Assembly (NCBI GenBank): GCA_044222475.1
Contig: JBGANF010000073.1
Coordinates: forward strand, 1 to 40,097
Length of the DNA: 40,097 bases
From: Polyangiaceae bacterium
GTDB taxonomy: Bacteria; Myxococcota_A; Polyangia; Polyangiales; Polyangiaceae
Direction: 5' to 3'
A program made the translations under genes and the position numbers. This document shows, one piece after another, positions 21,014 through 28,297 of the stretch. Position 1 is the first letter of the stretch. Each line of letters opens with the position of its first letter. The notes under the pieces were generated by a model. It searched no databases. It had not been told where the DNA came from and saw only the letters and a program-made list of their open reading frames with translations.

Positions 21014-21136
21014 GAGAGAGAGAACGCCAGGGCGCGAGGAGCGCCAGGGACGTACGAGAAAGTGGGGTTGGCTCCGAGTGCCAACCAAGGGCTCTCCTTC
21101 ACCTGGCGACCCTGGCGTCCTGGCGTTCCTCTTCTC
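21012..21136. repeat. Second nested palindromic element built from CGCCAGG units
   Basis: Left arm gagagagagaacgccagggcgcgaggagcgccagg matches the reverse complement of the right arm, gagaagaggaacgccaggacgccagggtcgccagg. Internal hairpin ggttggc-N7-gccaacc. Lies between convergent genes. Confidence 0.72.
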
Positions 21137-21166
21137 TTCGAGGTTCGCCGGTACCATTTTGGTACG

Positions 21167-21853
21167 TCAGCCGGTCAGCGCGCGGTAGGCTTCGGTGACT
21201 TGCGCGAGGCGGTGACCGAGGCGCGTCCGTTCGTCTTCCGTCAGCTGGGGGTGCAGGTCGGGGTGAAGCGTCTTCGCGAGCGCTCGGTACGCCGCCCGAA
21301 TCTCGGCCCGCGACGCAGTGGGGGGCACTCCGAGCAGATGAAACGCGTTCGACGACGCCGCGGGACGCGGCGTTCCGCCGGCGCGATCGCGGTGGCGACG
21401 GCGACCCGGGAGGAAGTCCTTGCCTTCGAGGCCCGACGTCGCCGATGGCGGCGCGCGCACCGCCACGCGAAACGACAGCTGCGCGTCGGCGAGCTGCTCG
21501 AGCCGCGCGAGCCGCTCCAGGATCTGCCGGCGAAGCGCGGCGTCCACGATCGCCTTGTCCACGTGGAAATCCGTCACGAGGACCTCGCCGACGAGGCGGC
21601 GCGAGCTCATCGCGCGAAGCAGCGTCCTCCGAGGCAGGTCCGAGTCGACGTGGCCACCGTCGCGCAGGATCGAGAGCAGCGGGGTCGACGCACCATCGAG
21701 CTCGACCTGGGTCACGCGCCCGTCGGCGAAGTAGACGCGGTGCGATCGACCGGACGTCTCACGCAGCTCGAGCGCGCCGGTCGCACGCGCGCGATGGATC
21801 GTCCCGAGGACGTCCCCGAACGTCGAACGGCCCATGCGACTCGGGAGCTGCAT
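21167..21853 (-). CDS. DUF4388-like domain plus C-terminal DnaJ J-domain protein
   Basis: DVLGTIHRARATGALEL...VYFADGRV (DUF4388/PATAN-like) and LLGV...EIRAAYRALAKTLHPD...EAY (J domain with HPD). Confidence 0.85.
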   Translation of the reverse strand: MQLPSRMGRSTFGDVLGTIHRARATGALELRETSGRSHRVYFADGRVTQVELDGASTPLLSILRDGGHVDSDLPRRTLLRAMSSRRLVGEVLVTDFHVDKAIVDAALRRQILERLARLEQLADAQLSFRVAVRAPPSATSGLEGKDFLPGRRRHRDRAGGTPRPAASSNAFHLLGVPPTASRAEIRAAYRALAKTLHPDLHPQLTEDERTRLGHRLAQVTEAYRALTG

Positions 21854-21913
21854 CGCCCAGGAAATAACGAAGGGCCGCGGGGCGGGCCAACTTCGTCGTC
21901 CCCGCCGTGGGCC

Positions 21914-22306
21914 TCACTCGACGGTGACGTCGACCTTTCGCTCCAGGCTCGTCGCCAGGCAACCGCCCTCGCGGCAGACGACGGCGCGGACGGCGACGCG
22001 CACCTCGGCTGGGCCGTGGTCCTTGGCGAGGAGCGCGAACGCGAACGTCGCCCGCTCGGGGCGCACCTCGCCGTCGGACGGAGCGAGCCTGCCGCGGAGC
22101 GGAGGGAGCGAACCCGGCAGGACGACGACGTCCGCCCACGAGAGGGTGGCACCCGACGCGGGCGTCGCGTCGACGTCGCATCGCACGCGCCCCGGCGCGA
22201 CCTTGGGCGGGCAACGCAGCGACACGGTCACGTCGGGCTCGGCCGAGATCGCCGCGCTCGCGAAGAGCGAGACCGTCAGGGGCAGCAAGACCGAGTGCCA
22301 GCGCAT
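21914..22306 (-). CDS. Secreted small beta-rich hypothetical protein
   Basis: Signal peptide, four cysteines including a C-terminal VCREGGC. Confidence 0.7.
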   Translation of the reverse strand: MRWHSVLLPLTVSLFASAAISAEPDVTVSLRCPPKVAPGRVRCDVDATPASGATLSWADVVVLPGSLPPLRGRLAPSDGEVRPERATFAFALLAKDHGPAEVRVAVRAVVCREGGCLATSLERKVDVTVE

Positions 22307-22316
22307 CGAGGAGGCA

Positions 22317-22324
22317 TGATATCA
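22317..22324. promoter_or_regulatory. Palindromic TGATATCA, putative shared bidirectional extended -10 element
   Basis: Centre of a 26-nt divergent spacer. Reads TGaTATCAG-7nt-ATG on + and TGaTATCAT-9nt-ATG on -. Confidence 0.5.
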
Positions 22325-22332
22325 GAGCACTC

Positions 22333-22932
22333 ATGAGGCGCGCGCTGCTCCGTGTCTTGGGGTTCTCGGGGACCTGCGTGATCGTGCTCGGTGCCTGCGA
22401 CGACAAGCAGGCGGCGACCACCGCTGCGGCGTCGGCGACGGCCGCGACCGTGACCGCCACCGCGTCGGTGAAGCCGAAGCCCAAGGTCGAGATGCCGCCG
22501 CGACCGATCCCCAAGCCCCGGACCACGGTCGGCTCGGGCGACACCGAGGAGACTCAGCTCAAGGCGATCGCCTACATGCAGGCGATGGTGCAGCCGCACG
22601 ACGGGGATCCCATTCTCGACGACGCGTGGGTGAAGACCTTCGCGACCCAGCTCGAGCCGATCAACAAGAACCTCGACAAGGGAGCCGCGGCGCAGAAGGC
22701 GAAGCTCAACAAGGTCGAGCTCGTGGGAGCGGGCCGCCAGATCAACCTGCTCATGGCGAGCGGTTGCGAGGAGCAGATCCCGGCGCGCGCCGCCCAAGCC
22801 GCGTCCGCCACGCTCACGACCCTGCACGACCACGGAGTGCTGGTGATCCGCTGCAACGACGCGCGGGTCCAATGCTTGCAGAGTACACGTGAACAGGACG
22901 ACATCCTGTGCACGACGGCGCCGCGCCACTGA
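22333..22932 (+). CDS. Hypothetical lipoprotein
   Basis: Lipobox LGAC, Ala/Thr/Pro linker and a four-cysteine globular domain. Confidence 0.8.
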   Translation: MRRALLRVLGFSGTCVIVLGACDDKQAATTAAASATAATVTATASVKPKPKVEMPPRPIPKPRTTVGSGDTEETQLKAIAYMQAMVQPHDGDPILDDAWVKTFATQLEPINKNLDKGAAAQKAKLNKVELVGAGRQINLLMASGCEEQIPARAAQAASATLTTLHDHGVLVIRCNDARVQCLQSTREQDDILCTTAPRH

Positions 22933-22936
22933 CTCG

Positions 22937-23014
22937 GCTTCCGCTTCCGCTTCCGCTTCCGCTTCCGCTTCCGCTTCCGCTTCCGCTTCCGCTTCCGCTT
23001 CCGCTTCCGCTTCC
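22937..23014. repeat. Hexanucleotide microsatellite (GCTTCC)13
   Basis: 13 perfect tandem copies fill the spacer between two convergent stop codons. Confidence 0.97.
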
Positions 23015-23017
23015 GCC

Positions 23018-24841
23018 TCAGAAGCTCGCAACCCAGGCCCGCCCGCTCCGCACGCAGGCCACCCGCTTCCCGTCGTTCGACACCGTGCAGTCGCGCTGCT
23101 CGCCGTAGGTGCCGTCGAGATCCTTCGTCTTGAGTCGCATCGACTTCGTCGCTCGAACGAGGATCCCCTGCGACGTCGCGATCGCCCAGCGCTGTCCGTC
23201 CGGCGAGCGCGGTGAGCCGTGGACCACCGGCTGGCCGAGGAGCGCCCGGAGCACCGACGCCTTCCCACCGGACGTCACGAGCACCGGCTCGCCGGCGATG
23301 ACCGCCTCGAGACCGGACGCGCCCCAAGCGATCGGGATCGCGGTCGCCGGCTCGCCCTTGCCGGCGCACTTGCTGCCCAGCACCGGGAGGAGCGGCAGCG
23401 GCACGTCGACGAGATCGCCGTCTCCGGTTGGGACGAGCGTCGCGTGCAGACCGACGCCATCGCACGGGTTGTAGGCCTCGGCGAAACGCTGGCCGCCATC
23501 GGGAGACACCACCGTGAGCGGCCACGGCGCGACGTCGCGCGCGTCGGCTTCGTCGCCGCTGTCGGGGTCGACCCGGACGACTCCGGCCGCGGTGCGCACG
23601 AGGAGCTTCCCGTTCTCGTCGAAGGCGAGCGCGCCCCACGCGGGCTGGCGGCTGCGCTCGATCAGCGGCACGGCGGCGACCGTGCGGATCTGGGCCTCGG
23701 ACGTGACGGGCGCGACCGCGTCGATCCACGCGATCGCGTCGGTCGTTCGGGTGGCGGTGCGCGTCGCTGGCGACACCTGCGCGCGGTCGAGCGCGGTGAT
23801 CGCGACGAGCGGGTCGCCGAGGGTGGCCTGGGCACGAGCCTCGGCGAGGCCGGCCTCTTCGAGCCCGCGGCTCGCGCCGCAGCGCAGCCCGACGTCGCCG
23901 AGGACGTTCCGTAGACGCGGCGCGCCGCCCTCGTTGCAGAGCGCACCGAACAGCGCGCGCGCAGCGCGAACCTGGCTCGGAACCGGCGGCGCAGTCGCGA
24001 CCTTCGCCGCCCGCGCCGCGAGCGAAGCGGCGAGCGAGCGCAGCGAGGCGTCGGGCTCGTCGGCGTCGCGACTCATCCCGGCCGGGCGATCGAACCAACG
24101 AAGCGTCGCGCTCGTCTTCGCGAGCGGCTCGAAGGGCGCCGCCCCGCCCTCGAGAGTGAGCGTGAGGCTCACGTCGTCGATGCCGTCACCGTCTCGGTCG
24201 GCACCGTCGACGTCGATCGTGAGCTTGGGCGCACCGGTGGGGTCGATCACGTCGGCCGAGAAGTGGAGCTTCGGCGTCGTCCCAAGAAGGTACACGGCGA
24301 ACCACCGCGAAGGATCCCGCGACGATGAGACCGGACAGCTGGTACCGAGCTCCACGGCGACGGTGCGCTTGCCGGTCACGATCAAGCGACGCACGAGCGC
24401 GCAGCGCGCGTCCGCGGCGGTGATCCCCGGCGCCGAACCGAGCACCGTCGGGCGCGGCTTGTCGCCGTCCCCGCGGAACACGAGCACCTGCCCGACGTCG
24501 ACCTCGTGATCGCGATGCACGATCGTGACGGCGTCCGTCTTTCCGTCGCCGTCGAAGTCCCGCGCGACGCCCCAGTCGAAGACCATCCCCGGCGGCGCCT
24601 CGAGCGCCAGCCCACCCAGGGTCCACCGCGTCGCCCCCTCGGCCGCCCGCTCGACGCCGGGGGAGATCGCCTCGGCCGACGCCTCGCTCGACGCCGCGGC
24701 ATCCGTCGCCGCGTCCTCGTCGGCGATGGAGTACGGGACGTACGGCGAGTCGCTCTTGCAGGCGCGGCAGCCCCCCAGCATCAGCGCGAGCGCGGCGAGC
24801 GGACCGAGAGGGGCGCGCGTGACAAGTCTTCGGGGTTGCAT
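23018..24841 (-). CDS. Hypothetical lipoprotein with DxDxDG Ca-binding loops and probable beta-propeller segments
   Basis: Lipobox-like LGGC, DFDGDGKTD and DRDGDGIDD, plus SPDG/SNDG blade motifs. Start ATG 24841 or GTG 24853. Confidence 0.8.
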   Translation of the reverse strand: MQPRRLVTRAPLGPLAALALMLGGCRACKSDSPYVPYSIADEDAATDAAASSEASAEAISPGVERAAEGATRWTLGGLALEAPPGMVFDWGVARDFDGDGKTDAVTIVHRDHEVDVGQVLVFRGDGDKPRPTVLGSAPGITAADARCALVRRLIVTGKRTVAVELGTSCPVSSSRDPSRWFAVYLLGTTPKLHFSADVIDPTGAPKLTIDVDGADRDGDGIDDVSLTLTLEGGAAPFEPLAKTSATLRWFDRPAGMSRDADEPDASLRSLAASLAARAAKVATAPPVPSQVRAARALFGALCNEGGAPRLRNVLGDVGLRCGASRGLEEAGLAEARAQATLGDPLVAITALDRAQVSPATRTATRTTDAIAWIDAVAPVTSEAQIRTVAAVPLIERSRQPAWGALAFDENGKLLVRTAAGVVRVDPDSGDEADARDVAPWPLTVVSPDGGQRFAEAYNPCDGVGLHATLVPTGDGDLVDVPLPLLPVLGSKCAGKGEPATAIPIAWGASGLEAVIAGEPVLVTSGGKASVLRALLGQPVVHGSPRSPDGQRWAIATSQGILVRATKSMRLKTKDLDGTYGEQRDCTVSNDGKRVACVRSGRAWVASF

Positions 24842-24905
24842 CGCGACTCGCACAATCAAGGCTCGTAGCAGGCGACCGGCCTCCTGCGCTACAACGACCG
24901 GCGTG

Positions 24906-25892
24906 ATGGTCCGATTCCTCGCGGGGCTGCTCGCCGTCATCGCCTGGGCCTGGCCATCGAGCGCTCTGGCCGACGTAGTCGACCTCCGTGCTCTCGCAGA
25001 GGAGACGTACGATCGCGCGGCGAAGGACGACGAAGCACTCCACTTCGCGTCGGCGCTTTCGGGCTACGAGGAGTCGGTCGCGATCCTCCCGTCCCATCGC
25101 TACGCCCAACGGGCGGCCACGCGGATCGACTTCCTTCGTGGCCACTCCGAAGGTGGCTTCGGTCCGCTCGTCGCCCTCGAAGCGGTCCGTCGCACGCCGG
25201 GCGCGACCAAGGATGCGGCCAAGGTCGACGCGCTGATGTCCGCGGCGCGCGGCTTCCCGCCCGGCGCGGTCCGCGGCGAGGCGTTCTTCGTCTGCGGCGA
25301 GGCGTACCTCACCGAGCTCCATCGGCCCGCTGACGCGGAGAGCGCGCTCCGCGCGACCCTCGACGAGAATGCCGCATCTCCCCTGCTCCGCAAGCAGGCC
25401 GCGGCGCGCCTCGTGGATCTCGCGCTCGCCAAGGGCGACCTCGCCGACGCCAGCGCGCTCGCCGATCGCGCGGACGATCCGGTGCTCTCGAAGCGCGTCG
25501 CGGTCGCGCGACGCCGGGGAAAGTTGCACCTCGCATCGATCGGGGCGCTCGCGATCTTCGCCATCGGAGCGACGGTCGCCACCGCGAGGAAGCGTCGCGC
25601 GGGTGCGGTGCGTCCGTTCCTCCCGTGGGCGTTTGCGCTCGTCGCGTACGTCGGCGGCGTGGGCGGGCTCCTCGCCTCGGCCTACGAGAGCGGGAACGCG
25701 CTCCCGTTCGTCGCGTTCGGTGCGCTGCTGCTCCCGCTGCTGTTGCTCGCCCGCGCGTGGGGCGTTTCGAGCAACGGCGGAGCCATCGCGCGAGCGGCGC
25801 GCGCGCTGGTCAGCGCGACCGCAGTCCTCGCCGCCGCCTTTCTCCTGCTCGAGCGGATCGACCCGCGCTACCTCGACGGGTTCGGCCTGTGA
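24906..25892 (+). CDS. Exported helical (TPR-like) domain with four C-terminal TM helices
   Basis: Signal peptide MVRFLAGLLAVIAWAWPSSALA, helical repeats and four hydrophobic segments. The stop overlaps the next start (GTGA). Confidence 0.8.
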   Translation: MVRFLAGLLAVIAWAWPSSALADVVDLRALAEETYDRAAKDDEALHFASALSGYEESVAILPSHRYAQRAATRIDFLRGHSEGGFGPLVALEAVRRTPGATKDAAKVDALMSAARGFPPGAVRGEAFFVCGEAYLTELHRPADAESALRATLDENAASPLLRKQAAARLVDLALAKGDLADASALADRADDPVLSKRVAVARRRGKLHLASIGALAIFAIGATVATARKRRAGAVRPFLPWAFALVAYVGGVGGLLASAYESGNALPFVAFGALLLPLLLLARAWGVSSNGGAIARAARALVSATAVLAAAFLLLERIDPRYLDGFGL

Positions 25893-26101
25893 CGGCGAAG
25901 CGCGTCCCGCCGAAGGCGAAGGTCGTCCGCGAAGGACACGGCGCGAACTGCTCCAGCCTGGGGAGCGTCATCGACACCCTCTTCGCGAGCGCCGCGATCA
26001 GCGGCGCGGTGCTCGCCGCCGTGGCTGCGGCGCTCGCCAGCGAGGAGGTCCGCGTGCATCGAGGCGACGAGGACCCGCCGCCCAAGGAGGGCGACTCGTG
26101 A
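25889..26101 (+). CDS. 70-aa membrane-anchored peptide, putative radical SAM substrate (REGHGANCSSLGS motif)
   Basis: GTGA overlaps at both ends and host-like GC3-rich codons. Basic N-terminus, motif, Ala-rich hydrophobic helix, acidic tail. Confidence 0.75.
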   Translation: MTAKRVPPKAKVVREGHGANCSSLGSVIDTLFASAAISGAVLAAVAAALASEEVRVHRGDEDPPPKEGDS

Positions 26102-27264
26102 TCGTCCGCCACGAACGCTGGGGCGCCTGGGTCAAGCTCGACTCGATGCCGGCCACGGTCGCCCTCGATCACGACGGCGTCGCCGCGCTCGGCATCGATC
26201 GTCCCAAGTTGGTACCAGAGGAGCGACGCCCGCTCGAGATTCACCTCGCCGTGACGACCCGGTGCGGCGCGGAGTGCGCCGGTTGCTACACCGGCGCCAC
26301 TCCGGACGGCGTCCACGTCCCGACCGAGAACCTCCTCGCGTCGCTCCGGAGCGTCGCCCGCGGCGGAGCCTTCGCGGTGGCGCTCGGCGGGGGCGAGCCG
26401 ACGCTCCACGAGGATCTCGATGTCTTGGCGCGCGCGGCCAAGCGCCTCGGCGTGACCCCGGTCGTCACGACGAGCGGTCACGGCCTCACCGACGCGCGCG
26501 TCGAGAAGCTCCGCGACTTCGCGCAGGTCAACGTGAGCTACGACGGCGCACGCGAGCACTACGCGGCGATCCGCGGCTACGACGGCGCCGACGGCGCCGA
26601 GCGCGCGATCGAGCGGCTCGTCGGTCGAGGCATCCGCGTCGGCGTCAACGTCGTCCTCACGAGGACGACCTTCCCCGTCCTCGGCGAGACCCTGCGTCGA
26701 GCGCGGTCGCTCGGCGCGAGCGAAGCGCAGCTGCTCCGCTTCAAGCCCGGCGGGCGGACGAGCGCGCTCGACTACCTCGCCCAGAAGCTCGGGAGCGACC
26801 AGGTCGCCGCGCTTCCCCGCGTCCTCGGTGCGCTGAGCGAGGAGCACTCGCCCGATTTCCGGCTCCGCATCGACTGCTCGATGGTGCCGCTCCTCGCCGG
26901 CGACGCGGCGATCACGGCGGACCGACTTCGGGCCTTCGGAGTCCTCGGCTGCGTCGCCGGCGACGAGCTCGCCGCCGTCACCGCCGCCGAGAAGGTTGCA
27001 CCTTGCAGCTTCTTGCCCGCCACCACGCAAGCGGCGCGGACGCTCGACCGCGGGCTCGACGAAGAAGCGTTCGCCGCTCAGCGCCGATGGGAGGCTTCTC
27101 CGGACGAGCCCTGCCGGAGCTGCGATCTTCGACCAGTCTGCCGCGGCGGCTGCAAGGCGGTGTCGCTGGCGGTCGACGGGGTGTTCGGTCCCGATCCGGA
27201 CTGCCCGCGGGTGATCGCGGTCAGAGCGCGCAGCCGACGAGCACCGGCTCCGGCACCAGCGTGA
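26098..27264 (+). CDS. Radical SAM protein with SPASM domain
   Basis: CGAECAGCY (CxxxCxxC), LGGGEP, and SPASM cysteines GCVAG...PCSF...CRSC-x5-CRGGC...DPDC. GTG start overlaps the peptide stop. Confidence 0.93.
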   Translation: MIVRHERWGAWVKLDSMPATVALDHDGVAALGIDRPKLVPEERRPLEIHLAVTTRCGAECAGCYTGATPDGVHVPTENLLASLRSVARGGAFAVALGGGEPTLHEDLDVLARAAKRLGVTPVVTTSGHGLTDARVEKLRDFAQVNVSYDGAREHYAAIRGYDGADGAERAIERLVGRGIRVGVNVVLTRTTFPVLGETLRRARSLGASEAQLLRFKPGGRTSALDYLAQKLGSDQVAALPRVLGALSEEHSPDFRLRIDCSMVPLLAGDAAITADRLRAFGVLGCVAGDELAAVTAAEKVAPCSFLPATTQAARTLDRGLDEEAFAAQRRWEASPDEPCRSCDLRPVCRGGCKAVSLAVDGVFGPDPDCPRVIAVRARSRRAPAPAPA

Positions 27265-28267
27265 CGCCGAACGCCGACGCGACTCCGGCCTGAACCTCTC
27301 GCGCGAGCGCGAGGAGCTCGGCCGTCGTTCCGCCTCCGCGGTTCACGAGCGCGAGGGTGTGCTTGCCCGAGATCCCGATCCGGCCCGCGCCGTGCCCCTT
27401 GGCGAAGCCCGCGCGCTCGATGAGCCACGCGGCCGGGAGCTTGGTCTTGCCCGCGCTCGCTGGGAAGCGAGGAACCTGCACCGCATCGCCGAGGCGGGCG
27501 CGGACGCGCGCGTCGAGCGCCGGGAGGTCCGCGTCCGACACGATCGGGTTCATGAAGAACGACCCCGCGCTCCTCGAGTCGGGGTCCGCGGCGTCGAGGA
27601 CCATTCCCTTGCCGCGACGCAGCGCGACGACCGTCTCGCGGACGCGATCCAGCGGAGCGCGCTCGCCCTCCTTCACGCCGAGCGCTCGCGCGAGCTCCGC
27701 GTACGCGATCGGTGCAGATTGCATGGATCGGGCGAGGCGGAAGGTCACCCCGAGCACCAGGTACCGACCCGCGTCGTCCTTCAGCCGGCTCTCGCGGTAT
27801 CGGAACGCACACGCCACGGCGTCGAACGTGACCGCTTCGCGTGCGCGTCGATCCCAGAGTCGGACCGAGACGATCGTGTCCTTCACCTCTTGGCCGTACG
27901 CCCCGACGTTCTGCATCGGCGTGGCGCCGACGAGACCCGGGATGCCGGACAGCGCCTCCACCCCGGAGAGCCCGTCGCCCACCGCGCGAGACACGAAGGC
28001 GTCCCAGTCCTCTCCGGCTGCGACGTCGAGCGTCACCTCGGCGCCGGACTCGACGCGCTGCACCCCGCGCGACCGGACGGCGACGACGACGCCCTCGAAG
28101 CCGGCGTCCGAGACGACGAGGTTCGAGCCGCCGCCGAGCACCAGGACCGGCTCGCCGCGCGCATCGGCGTCGCGGACCGCGGAGACCAGCTCTTCGTCGG
28201 TCTTCGCGACGACGGACCGCCGCGCCGGGCCACCGAGGCGCAAGGTGGTATGGTCCGCGAGGAGCAC
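27221..28267 (-). CDS. murB: UDP-N-acetylmuramate dehydrogenase
   Basis: HTTLRLGGPA, LGGGSNL, LSGIPGLVGATPMQNVGAYG, FRYRES, SAGSFFMNP, AAWLIE, KHTLALVN, EP. C-terminal part of the 1247-aa ORF call. Confidence 0.95.
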   Translation of the reverse strand: MLLADHTTLRLGGPARRSVVAKTDEELVSAVRDADARGEPVLVLGGGSNLVVSDAGFEGVVVAVRSRGVQRVESGAEVTLDVAAGEDWDAFVSRAVGDGLSGVEALSGIPGLVGATPMQNVGAYGQEVKDTIVSVRLWDRRAREAVTFDAVACAFRYRESRLKDDAGRYLVLGVTFRLARSMQSAPIAYAELARALGVKEGERAPLDRVRETVVALRRGKGMVLDAADPDSRSAGSFFMNPIVSDADLPALDARVRARLGDAVQVPRFPASAGKTKLPAAWLIERAGFAKGHGAGRIGISGKHTLALVNRGGGTTAELLALAREVQAGVASAFGVTLVPEPVLVGCAL

Positions 28268-28297
28268 GAAGGGCTTGTTAGCCCATTTGCCCGCGTC

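Noticed and set aside
22889..23215. ORFs with poly-(SA), (LP), (AE) or (RK) runs, or a possible CRISPR array
   Set aside because: All are translations of the intergenic (GCTTCC)13 tract. There are no spacers and no cas genes.
25369..26097. Long N-terminal extension on the radical SAM ORF (631-aa call)
   Set aside because: Arg/Ser-rich off-frame read-through of the two upstream genes. The GTGA-coupled start at 26098 fits better.
27359..28297. Apparent 313-aa N-terminal extension of HrpB
   Set aside because: It is antisense to murB; HrpB similarity begins at MPTPLPID (28298).
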